Part shown: in pieces, positions 1-10,949 of the stretch | Layout of the letters: each line of letters starts with the position of its first letter | How positions within the stretch are numbered: position 1 is the stretch's first letter | NCBI GenBank assembly: GCA_030141605.1 | Contig: JAQGDQ010001887.1 | Span: forward strand, 1-22,307 | Direction: 5' to 3' | DNA length: 22,307 nt | From: Tubiluchus corallicola | Lineage: Eukaryota > Animalia > Priapulida | Program-made: the position numbers and the translations under genes | Notes under the pieces: model-generated | What the model was told of the DNA's origin: nothing | The model's input: the letters and a program-made list of their open reading frames with translations, nothing else | Database searches by the model: none

Positions 1-345
1 CGAGGGAGAAACACAAAAGCACAGCAAAAAAACACACAACGGAGAAACACAGAAGTACAGCAAATAAAACACACAAGGAAGAAACACAGAAGTACAGCAA
101 ATAAAACACAGAAGTACAGCAAATAAAACACACAAGGCAGAAACACAAAAGTACAGCAAACAAAACACAGAAGTACAGCAAATAAAACACACAAGGGAGA
201 AACACAGAAGTACAGCAAACAAAACACACAAGGCAGAAACACAAAAGTACAGCAAACAAAACACAGAAGTACAGCAAATAAAACACACAAGGGAGAAACA
301 CAGAAGTACAGCAAATAAAACACACAAGGCAGAAACACAGAAGTT
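1..345. repeat. Degenerate minisatellite of mixed ~37-bp (ACACAAGGGAGAAACACAGAAGTACAGCAAATAAAAC) and ~22-bp (ACACAGAAGTACAGCAAATAAA) units
   Basis: Recurring AGTACAGCAAA core at two alternating spacings; runs to the window edge. Confidence 0.9.
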
Positions 346-864
346 CTAGGCACATTCACAGAACAGAAACCAATATGAATCTCTTCGCTGAAATATAGCT
401 TTAACAGAAACGTTTTAACTTTGCAAATGGAAATATAAAATATATATAATTATACATAAAATTCTTTATTGCCATTGTTATACATACACAGGTATCATAT
501 ATGCAAGTAAAATGATTATGCAAAACAAGTTAAAAAACAACTGATGTTTGCAATAGTGTTAAAAACAAAATACAAAGTGACATCAAATACAAACATTTCA
601 ATATAAAACTCATCCACGTATTACGAATAATATCAAGCAACCAGCAGTGCATATAAATACATAATACAAATTCAAACGACACAAAGACATAAAAGCATAC
701 TTTTCAACATAACAGCCAATACACATAATCTAAAACCAATTGAACCCTACAACATACATAAACATCACGTTAATCGTAATGCAACACACATATTTACATA
801 ACTATTTAAAAACCAATTAAAACTAGTTGTGATTCAAGAAAAAAGAAAGTTTAATGTCAGTTAC

Positions 865-920
865 CTAGATGGCATATGAAACCCACATTGCTATTTACTT
901 CGTCTCCTTTGTTGACCGGT
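865..920 (-). other. Candidate 56-nt spliceosomal exon (mirror 21388-21443 +)
   Basis: ataacag|ACCGGTC...CATCTAG|gtaact; open frame PVNKGDEVNSNVGFICHL; higher GC than the flanks. No homology recognised. Confidence 0.35.
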
Positions 921-1806
921 CTGTTATAATTTTATGTAACTTTTTTCAACGAAGTTTGAAAAAACTAGAAATGCAAGTTAGTAGAAATGAGTTTAGATAT
1001 TATCTGTAGTCTGTAAGATACATAAATACTGATTCAATGATTGTATGCGTGAGCATTGACAAGGTGACATTGCATGTACGTGACATACGATCACAATGAA
1101 ACGGAATATGGCGACAATATTTACAACGACCTTACATGCAAATCATCTTATACGTGTATAATATTGCACTTAAGCAATATTATATTTTTGTTACAGTACA
1201 AGTTGGGTTTCTATACTAACATAAAAGCAGTAATGCAGTAATCAATATTTAGGTCCGCCATTATAATGGTGCAGTAACCTTACAATAACTCTGTTTAATG
1301 AACGTATACAGAACCCTGCAGCACTATAATATCCACAAAACATATATGATAGTATGTCAACATGGTAACCACAACACTGCACAATGTATGCTAGCTTTCA
1401 CAAAGAAAACTCGGTGAAGCTGTGTACAGGCAGTCGTGGTTGGATTGATATGAATATTTTAACAGGTAATGGCTCTGGAAAGCAAGGACTCACTAATATT
1501 TCTAGTGTGTTGTCATTAGCATTCAGCAAGCACTTAAGGTTTTCAGTGACTTCGTACAGATCACTGGAGCCTTTCACAAAATCCTACGTCGTGTCGTTCC
1601 CCTTGGTATACTTGATTTCCTCGACTCCTCCCGTAAGTGGTAATTATTTGTAACAATTATGGAACTTTTTAGTTAAAAAAACAAAGAAAGGGTTTAAAGA
1701 TGTCCTCATATGAAAAAGTTGTACTGTGCGTTGCAAAATTAAATAACATAAAAAACGTTGTTGTTGGGAAAGCCAAAAGCGCTTCATTAAACGCCGCCAA
1801 AAGAAG

Positions 1807-3102
1807 ACAAAGCACAATAACGAAGAGCTCGTTTTGTCATGCAAAAAGTGCATTAACGAAGAGCTCGTTTTATCATTCAAAGGGTACAATAACGAAGAGC
1901 TCGTTTTGTCATGCAAAAAGTGCAATAACGAAGAGCTCGTTTTATCATTCAAAGGGTACAATAACGAAGAGCTCGTTTTGTCATGCAAAAAGTGCAATAA
2001 CGAAGAGCTCGTTTTGTCATGCAAAAAATGCAATAATGAAGAGTTCGTTTTGTCATGCAAAAAGTATAATAACGAAGAGCTCGTTTTGTCATGCAAAAGG
2101 TACAATAACGAAGAGCTCGTTTTGTCATGCAAAAAGTACAATAACGAAGAGCTCGTTTTGTCATGCAAAAAGTACAATAACGAAGAGCTCGTTTTGTCAT
2201 GCAAAAAGTACAATAACGAAGAGCTCGTTTTGTCATGCAAAAGGTACAATAACGAAGAGCTCGTTTTGTCATGCAAAAAGTACAATAACAAAGAGCTCGT
2301 TTTGTCATGCAAAAAGTACAATAACGAAGAGCTCGTTTTGTCATGCAAAAAGTACAATAACGAAGAGCTCGTTTTGTCATGCAAAAGGTACAATAACGAA
2401 GAGCTCGTTTTGTCATGCAAAAAGTACAATAACAAAGAGCTCGTTTTGTCATGCAAAAAGTACAATAACGAAGAGCTCGTTTTGTCATGCAAAAAGTACA
2501 ATAACGAAGAGCTCGTTTTGTCATGCAAAAGGTACAATAACGAAGAGCTCGTTTTGTCATGCAAAAAGTACAATAACAAAGAGCTCGTTTTGTCATGCAA
2601 AAAGTACAATAACGAAGAGCTCGTTTTGTCATGCAAAAAGTACAATAACGAAGAGCTCGTTTTGTCATGCAAAAGGTACAATAACGAAGAGCTCGTTTTG
2701 TCATGCAAAAAGTACAATAACAAAGAGCTCGTTTTGTCATGCAAAAAGTACAATAACGAAGAGCTCGTTTTGTCATGCAAAAAGTACAATAACGAAGAGC
2801 TCGTTTTGTCATGCAAAAGGTACAATAACGAAGAGCTCGTTTTGTCATGCAAAAAGTACAATAACAAAGAGCTCGTTTTGTCATGCAAAAAGTACAATAA
2901 CGAAGAGCTCGTTTTGTCATGCAAAAAGTACAATAACGAAGAGCTCGTTTTGTCATGCAAAAGGTACAATAACGAAGAGCTCGTTTTGTCATGCAAAAAG
3001 TACAATAACAAAGAGCTCATTTTGTCATGTAAAAAGTACAATAACGAAGAGCTCGTTTTGTCATGCAAAAAGTACAATAACGAAGAGCTCGTTTTGTCAT
3101 GC
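1807..3102. repeat. 36-bp tandem satellite, 36 units (AAAAAGTACAATAACGAAGAGCTCGTTTTGTCATGC), with a 4-unit (144-bp) higher-order structure
   Basis: 1296 bp is 36 x 36. Units abut with no spacers. Variants AAAAGG and AACAAA recur every fourth unit, and the first ~7 units are more diverged. Confidence 0.97.
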
Positions 3103-3703
3103 ATATGCAGAGAAAATAACTTGCAAAGTTATTCTAAAATAACAAAGTACTACAAACGCTATTTTCCTCCTTATTAAAAATCTTTATTTGTCAATTTAAG
3201 AAACAGGTGAAAACAATAAAATCATCTGAAGTTCATCATTCAGTGATAATGATTAAAACCAACACTGGTTAAGTGTTGAGTAATTGAATAATTAGCTTGG
3301 AAAGTTAATTAACGGCAAACGAACACAGCTATCGCTTATGTCACAAACTAACCACAGTTTGTGCAATGGTAGGCATCCACCCTGCGCGTCAAGCACGTTT
3401 GTGTAAGCGAAAATTGCTTCACAAACGAACACGGCAGGTCATGACCATGCTTATCATGGCACAGCGCCTATTTGTCGGCCACGCGAATGTGACATAAAGG
3501 CGCCATTGCCAGTCTTAGTGGATTCGCTGAGCCGCTCATAGCTTTGAAAGTTTTAAAAGGCAAGAAAAGTGGTACCTGAAGTACGTTTCAGAAAAATCGC
3601 CTTACTTCGCAGCAATTTTATGCGTATTTTATGTACTCGCGTTGAAAGGATTTTCGTTTGTTTTCATTTTAAATCTCCCGCAATACTGCTCCGACCGTGC
3701 CAT

Positions 3704-3719
3704 TACATGACGTCATGTA
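3704..3719. promoter_or_regulatory. Perfect 16-bp palindrome containing a full CRE motif (TGACGTCA)
   Basis: TACATGACGTCATGTA; mirror at 18589-18604. Function unproven. Confidence 0.3.
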
Positions 3720-3807
3720 GGTAAAACGTAAATCAGGGGAAGAAAAGTACATGTTAAACTATGTCCCAAAAAACTTTCCCTGCAAAATTACTTAGCATTT
3801 CACTTAC

Positions 3808-3909
3808 CTGCTTGAAAGACTTACGTAACTAGAAGAAAAATTAATTATTGGAAATGCTTTCACCAATTGGTAAAATGTCGCTGACTCACCCTCCAGGGTG
3901 CACCACTCG
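3808..3909 (-). other. Candidate micro-exon pair, 20 nt (3890-3909) and 21 nt (3808-3828), with a 61-nt intron (mirror 18399-18500 +)
   Basis: ttttggttag|CGAGTGGTGCACCCTGGAGG|gtgagt ... ttttcttctag|TTACGTAAGTCTTTCAAGCAG|gtaagt, all consensus-like splice sites. Confidence 0.35.
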
Positions 3910-5385
3910 CTAACCAAAAACGTATTTTAATCTCAGCGACAAGATACAGTAATTTTAAATTTTATTTAGTTAGTGACGTGTGCGCAACGAATGCTTGATT
4001 ATTTTTTCAAACTTTACACAATGTTATCTAAAGTCATTTCAAATGAACTGTCGTCAAAATGACCGTCTAACGGTCATCGTGTGAATTTAAATTTACATGT
4101 TTTATACAGCGTTATTACCGACGCAAGTCTAATATGCAGAAAGGCAGTATGTAAGTGGTAACAAATTTCAAAACGATTTTTTATGTTTTAGAACATACTT
4201 TATTTTGAACTAATGTCTACACAATCGTCCGGTTTTCTTTTAACTCTTAAACTGCAGTGCTGTGCAACTGAGGGGAGGGGGCAGATTCTGATGACCGCAT
4301 GGTCGTTCGTCTGCATACCCCTAGCGTTATCTAATTATGTGGTTTTGCACATAAAAGTCGTCATTGGCTTCATAATTACAATAGTGCGGTTATCTGTGCC
4401 AACATGATGGCAACAAATAGAAAAAAATTCAATTACATTCAACTGCAAGTAGCTGTAGCCGCCCGTTCAGAAAGTCACTTTGCAATCCTATAAAGAGATG
4501 AAGCTGAGAATCAGTCTGCACTGTAATACCCCCTTCTTAGAATATTCTATTAGCTTACCGGTTAACTTCCAGTAAAAGCGCCAGGGCTGAGAATGGACTA
4601 GATTTAATTAGAAGCAAAGCCGCTGTGCATTTATACTTCAGCTGCACGCTGGAGATTGCTTAGATTGTCTCTCGTGTGCATGACATATCACTCGATAATG
4701 TATTAAACCAATCTGCCTAATAGTATTCCCATCAGTGCAAATGCCATTGCGGTCGATATGACGGATGACAGTGCAACGAGAGAGATCTCACTGCATGATG
4801 TCCTGAATACACAATCAAAACGTGTTGCGCTTTTTCTTTTAAAACTGTTTCGTTGGGAAGGATAGTGCGCCCTGGGATGACTTGTTGCCATCACTTCTGC
4901 TGTTGCCGCCGTTGTAACTGTGTGGCCTGTTGCTGTTGCTATTTGTGCTGTTTGGTGGCGTGGCAGTAGTTTCGTTAGCGGTTACTGTCTCTCTTTCCCT
5001 GCTGCTTGCTCTGCTACTGTTGCCATTTTAGTTTTTTTTAATTTAACGGCAGGTTCTACTCAAACTAAATGGTTCTGGCACGACCGCAATGTGGCTCATT
5101 ATCGAGGTTGCCTCTAATATAAGCCACTGGACCAGCAGAGCTCTCTCAGCCATGTATGGATATGTACACACCCTCCCTCTAAGGGGTAAAGAGCCAGAAT
5201 CAGTACGGCGAAAGAAACGACACAGAGCGAAAATGGAACCGGTTCATCCATACATAAACTGGCTAACTCAGCGCCGTTCTTAAGTTCGGCGGGTGAACAC
5301 GATACCGCGACCGCAAGGTCATGCATGGGCCTAGAAATGGCCGAGGTAGGTAAGTGAACAAGATGCATACATTCTCAAAGCGATG

Positions 5386-5448
5386 CTAAGATAAGATAAG
5401 ATAAGATAAGATAGGATAAGATAGGATAAGATAAGATAGGATAAGATA

Positions 5449-5480
<32 letters not shown>

Positions 5481-5880
5481 CTAGGCTAGGCTAGGCTAGG
5501 CTAGGCTAGGCTAGGCTAGGCTAGGCTAGGCTAGGCTAGGCTAGGCTAGGCTAGGGTGAGGTGAGGTGAGGTGAGGTGAGGTGAGGTGAGGTGAGGTGAG
5601 GTGAGGTGAGGTGAGATGAGATGAGATGAGATGAGATGAGATGAGATGAGATGAGATGAGATGAGATGAGATGAGATGAGATGAGATGAGATGAGATGAG
5701 ATGAGATGAGATGAGATGAGATGAGATGAGATGAGATGAGATGAGATGAGATGAGATGAGATGAGATGAGATGAGATGAGATGAGATGAGATGAGATGAG
5801 ATGAGATGAGATGAGATGAGATGAGATGAGATGAGATGAGATGAGATAAGATAAGATAAGATAAGATAAGGTAAGATAAA
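5386..5880. repeat. Compound pentanucleotide microsatellite (ATAAG/ATAGG)n-(CTAGG)15-(GTGAG)12-(ATGAG)46-(ATAAG)5
   Basis: Units read and counted by hand; all blocks share one 5-bp register. Confidence 0.96.
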
Positions 5881-6208
5881 CATTTATTTCACGTCGATTT
5901 TAAAAACATACAACTACACGCGGCAAGAGCTTATATGTCCGAGGAAAAAATAAAACTATTCAGCTACGGTTAAAAACTAATTACCCAAATTAAATGCTGT
6001 ACACTTAAGAAGAGACTGACTTAATGAAATTATAAAATAGCTTCTAATTTAAAAATATAAGTTAAAATCTACACCACAGCACGAATGTACAACTTAACTA
6101 GCAAGAATTATTACAAGAACGGCATGTACAACGTGCTCCGTTCCACATTTTTAATTTGCTCTTAAAAGAATTCAGTTCGGTTTCATTTTTAATATGAGTA
6201 GGCAGAGT
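5846..6208 (-). mobile_element. Mirror copy of the truncated CR1/L2-group LINE 3' end
   Basis: Reverse complement of 16095-16452; coding remnant at 6098-6208. Confidence 0.8.
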
Positions 6209-8453
6209 GGTCACCTGCACTGAATTCTTCGATTTCCTAGGAAATCTGACTCACGTTTTTTTCGCGGATTTCTTTTGATGGGGATGTTAGCCACTTTATG
6301 TCGGCAATAAAACTACAGGACTTGAAGACAGTATCGAGGTAAAATAATCCCATGTGAAGAAGCATTGTATGGAGTTCTTTGCTGGTAAAAAGCCGAAAAA
6401 GTCACATCCATTAACAAGCCATTTATAAACATTGTTTATATCGGCAGAATTACAATATCTTCAAATCAATAGATTTTGTCGACTAATTTTATTCGTGAAC
6501 GCCATCAACTAGGACTATTTGTCATTACATGGAGACATTGCAGCCAAGCAGCGAAGATTAAGTAGCGTCAATCAATTTTGTCGCTGAAGGAAACAGCAAG
6601 GACAAAAATGAGCAAACCAGTAAGCAAGACAGTGACAGTAAAAAGATGATCAAGCAACTAAACAGTGTGGTATTACATGCAGTTCTTTTCAAATTTACAC
6701 AAAAAGTTCGTTAGTTTCGTTTCTGATACCAAACTGAGGCTTATCGTCAGAATAACAAATTTAATAAACACCGAGTACAGTCACCTTTGGGAACCTAGGA
6801 TGTGCATGAATATGGCACAAACTGTGGACAGATTTGTACTGGTATTGCTTTTAACACATTTGGACAAAGTCCAGGGTCTGGCTTCTAATGTTTAGTATCT
6901 GGCGTCTGGCTTCTAGCGTCCCGCGTCTATCGTTTCCTGGGCAGTAATTTAATAACAAAGTGTATGGCGCACAATCTCCATTTTCTTCGCAGAAAAACAA
7001 AATGAACGATATCAAATTTATTTTTTCAAATGATTTCTTTTTTATAATTTATTCGTATAATCCGAATAATATAATATATATATATATATTATTAATAATA
7101 ATATATTATTGGCTGACGAACAGGCACTGGACGCTGGACACTTTGGTGTATCACAGGTTTTAAATCATCTAAACTTGGGTAAATAAGTGTATTTATCTGC
7201 TACTTCTGGGTTAAAGAAGTCATTGAAGGGTGCTGTGAAAATATTTGAAATTTCTGTGGACAGTGATTGCTACGTCAGAAGCAAGAAATGGTCTATCACT
7301 CCTACAAGCGGACACCCCCAAAAAAAAATAAAATGTAAGTGAAAGTTTTCTGCATCAAAAAGGTTATAAGTACGATATAAATTCTATTGCTTATCAAAAC
7401 TATCTAAGCAACGACCAAGGTCAGCTGATGACCAGTTAAACCTAGGTTATAAAAAGCATCATCGAAACCAAACAAAATGCACCCGGGTGGCAGACGATGT
7501 GGACGAAAGGTGTCCAACTCGCTCTCGTAGTCTATTTGTAACTGATTAGCTTCGTGTTTTGATTGATTCGTTACCCGCCATGCGTGTTTAGAATTCTCAT
7601 TACAGGAACAAATCTTCACTTTGGCCGAATGTCAGCAGTATCTCTAATAAAGCATGAGGCGTTTTCAAAATTTCAAGAACTTTTCTGTGCCAAAAATACG
7701 TTGAATCACTTCACTGAAATGGAAATTTTGGATACCTGTATTTATTTGCCAAAACGCTTACATTAGCTTACAAAGATTTTTCATTGCTGCTGGCAGTAAT
7801 TTTAAAGTAGTGAGATTTTTCTGTTAGTAGTTTTAATTTTATCTTTAGAGCCACAAAACAGAAAAAAACCGCTTTGGTTTCGACTTGAGAATAAAGACAA
7901 ACGCCACTTGCTTTAGTACAAATTACGCACGTTAATGCGCTCAACTGACCTCCGCTGAGCTAATCAGTGACCATCGACAACTTCGAAAAAACTACTGATC
8001 TGACTCCAAGCTTTAATTCGTATGAAAAATTGAAATGAAAACCACAACGTATTTGTCAAGACAACATACCCAAGAGTCATCTGAAAGAACCTGACTAGGA
8101 TTACAAATAAATTAATTGACATGATCACGCTTTCCATGTACATTTTCTTTCTTATTTAGTTTTTTCTTCTTTTGGTATAGTTGCTAGCCAGCTGGGATGG
8201 CACACACTAACAGTAATTTTATTATTTGCCTTGGCATTTGCACAGCGTAGGGTTATACTGTGTAAATCACGAATCAGAATAATAATGCAGCATTTCCTGT
8301 AGCCGCTAATCCCAACTCCAGCATCATACAAGCGTCCGTCTCAATCAGACATGACAACCAAGATCGATTTTGCCATAGACGACAAGCTACGGCGATTTTG
8401 ATAAATATCAAATTCAAATTTTTATCTTGGCTTCAGACATAGCATGCAGACCA

Positions 8454-8468
8454 AGAGAGGGAGAGGGA

Positions 8469-8540
<72 letters not shown>
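8454..8540. repeat. (GAGAGG)n-(GA)n microsatellite
   Basis: Direct reading; same length as its mirror copy. Confidence 0.97.
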
Positions 8541-8543
<3 letters not shown>

Positions 8544-8728
8544 GAATTAGATTAGATTAATTTATTTCAGCATAAAGCCATACAGAAAACATAAAAACAC
8601 TACATCACACTACAATAAAATAATAAACTAGAAGTTACAATAAAAACGCTACTACACATTACGCATTCAGTAAAAAAACCGTTCGCAGCTATCAGGTTTG
8701 ACGATTCTTATTTATAAACAGACTGTCG
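8541..8728 (-). mobile_element. Mirror copy of the probable LINE 3' end
   Basis: Reverse complement of 13575-13762. Confidence 0.55.
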
Positions 8729-10192
8729 ATCCACATCTTAAAATAACAACATTGTATGATTCGTACAGAGTTGACAATTGACGTAAGCACGCTCAGCAGC
8801 ATTCGGGACAATGGCTCACGCATTACAACAACTGTCTAAACTAAACAACATGACAGTCACAATTAATGTCTAATCAGCAGATAAACTGATTGCACTTTTT
8901 CAAAAACACAAATTTGCAGAGCTGCAGCTATTTTTACACGAAATTAACACTTCAAGTAGCCAAACCAAAAAATGCCTTTTCAATTTAAACAGAATGTAGC
9001 GACTAAGTTTCAAAGCACTACAAAATACAGAGACATAAGTATAATCAAGAAACTAAGCCAGCTAGCATTGGTTTTACAATAAATGGATAACAAAATATAA
9101 TTAGGAAAGTCTCTTTTGCCTTTGAATATACGAACATTTCATACCTGCGACGTATTTTTTCTAATTTTAACTAATCATGTGGTCGTTCGCAAGCTTTTAT
9201 CCACTTTTTGCATTTTTTCAACTGTTTGTTAGACTACAGAAATGAAATAAATTTGATTATTTTATTCCGTAAACGATCTTGTCCAAGTTACGTAAGTCAT
9301 AAGTCCCAATGGCATCTTTTAATTATGATTATAGCCAGGAAAATAGCATAAAATTGACTATTTCAGGATACAAATTTTACGTTAATATATAACACAAATT
9401 TTGACCACATTTGAATTAATTTCGTGGTCACGACCGTGAAGATCTTATTGAGGTTTATAAAAACTGACTAGAAAAGAAAACATTTCATAGGAAAATGTTA
9501 ATTCCTATGAGTGTGCTCGCTTACCACATAATCTTGACAGTTGTCACGTATTCCCGTAGATGAGTTCAACTCTGCCGCTAGGCCTCAGCTATTGCTAACT
9601 GGCCATTCCTACAACCTGCGCAAACCTACTTAGAAGTACTCATGCTGTAACTTTTACATGCATGTTAACATTGAATCATTTATACCTGCCAACTCGGGCT
9701 TCAGTATAAAGTTATAAATTTCATTTAAACCCCTGTTCAAGTAGGCCATTTTACATTTGTGATCATTAAAGCAGCGTCATATGATCGGCTTAATTAACTT
9801 CGTTAAGTTTTTAAAGTTAATACTTGTCTTTATCAAGTTTGCAAGGTCGTACATTGAACTTAACTGCGTATTTTATTAATAGCAAAAGCATAGACGCAAG
9901 TGCTGTGCATTTCTTCCTACAAAAAACGAAATTATACTACGTATTTCCACTAATTCAGCTATAGTTTTAGTCAACAATACAGATAATCGACAACCTGTAA
10001 TAAGATCTAAAACAGGTTGATTTCTCTCCGGCAAATTTATGAAAAGTTAAGCATTTTTCATAAGAATATAACATATACCGACAACACATAGTTAGAGCTC
10101 TTGTTCCGAAAAACGAGGTAATGAACAGGCTCTGTGGGCGTGTGAAAAATATGCAAACTGGTTGGACAGTCAGCAAAGTTTGACTGAGAATG

Positions 10193-10340
10193 ATTGACAT
10201 TTTATTTGACGTCAATAGCTAGTAGATGTTTACTGTTCACAAGCTCTAGTAATTGTTTTCTTATACTGTAACAGGCTTTCCTGCAAAAGTGTGAAAATGT
10301 GGCTTCGTTAATGTTGCAACACTTGCCAGAATCACTACAA
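10193..10340 (-). pseudogene. Duplicated 3' stub of the central LINE, cut at the fold-back junction
   Basis: Reverse complement of 11963-12110; the upstream RT is absent on this side. Confidence 0.8.
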
Positions 10341-10507
10341 ATCAATAAAAATAATTGAACAAATTGGTTAAACGCTCATTTTGAGTCATGGAGTTCAGAA
10401 CATGGTTTTCTATTCAGGTAACGTCTGTCTGCTTGGCGACTTATCTAAAACTGTACCTTATTTGTCTTTTGCTGCCTTTCTATCTGTCTGTCTGACAATG
10501 GTGCTTA

Positions 10508-10720
10508 GGAATCCAAGTAAAAAAGTCACAGGTAAAAATTACTGAAAAAAGTCACAGCAAAAAAGGCACAGGGAAAATGAAATAACGCTAACCTTAACTG
10601 TAACCCTAACCCTAATGCAAGGCCCTAACTCTAATCGTTGCCAAAATCAATATACTGTCTTCCTGTGACTTTTTCCTAGCTAAAATTGTGACTTTTCCTC
10701 AGACTTTATTACCGGTCACC
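10508..10720. mobile_element. MITE-like non-autonomous DNA transposon with an 8-bp TSD (GGTGCTTA)
   Basis: GGTGCTTA at 10500-10507 and 10721-10728. Imperfect TIRs: GGAATCCAAGTAAAAAAGTC versus reverse complement GGTGACCGGTAATAAAGTC. Repeated subterminal AAAAAGTCACAG on the left and CTGTGACTTTTT on the right, around a TAACCC-like core. Confidence 0.75.
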
Positions 10721-10837
10721 GGTGCTTAATTGCCTTTTTGTTTAGCTCTGCATTTAACTCTGCTTTTTTGTCTGTTTTCAGTAATCTTTTGCAGACAACG
10801 AATCTGTATTTCTCCCAGTCAGCTAGTTATTCTTTGC

Positions 10838-10928
10838 GATCTCTCTCTCTCTCCCTCTCTCTTCTTCTCGCCCCTTCACCTCCATCTCTCTCTTCTCCTC
10901 TTCCTCCATCCTTTCTACTCTCTCTCCC
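10838..10928. repeat. Degenerate CT-rich low-complexity tract
   Basis: (TC)n followed by pyrimidine-rich sequence, just upstream of the LINE remnant. Confidence 0.8.
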
Positions 10929-10949
10929 ATACAATCCTAATTATGTGAT

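Larger units (their letters stand above)
1..10340. repeat. Left arm of giant inverted repeat (derived fold-back copy)
   Basis: Reverse complement of 11963-22307. Paired ORF coordinates sum to 22308 outside the pentamer microsatellite (1384+20924) and to 22303 inside it (9967+12336). Identity stops after ...GAATCACTACAA at 10340. Confidence 0.98.

Noticed and set aside
1807-3102. CRISPR array (36-bp, partly palindromic repeat)
   Set aside because: The units are directly adjacent with no unique spacers, there are no cas genes, and the context is eukaryotic.
1644-3177. Four long ORFs (347-486 aa) and their mirrors at 19131-20664
   Set aside because: They are a by-product of a 36-bp unit (a multiple of 3) lacking stops in several frames. 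They overlap on both strands, consist of pure 12-aa repeats and have no unique domain.
5551-5883. 110/115-aa ISSHL-repeat ORFs (mirror 16420-16767)
   Set aside because: Translation of the pentanucleotide microsatellite.
6665-7766. Short ORFs of 67-76 aa and their mirrors
   Set aside because: Mostly non-ATG starts, AT-rich low-complexity translations and no recognisable motifs; consistent with chance ORFs.
9485-9510. Hairpin TCATAGGAA-N8-TTCCTATGA as a terminator or element end
   Set aside because: AT-rich stem with no associated gene or element boundary; likely chance.
10589-10636. Telomere (TAACCC)n
   Set aside because: Only a few degenerate units, internal to the MITE-like element.
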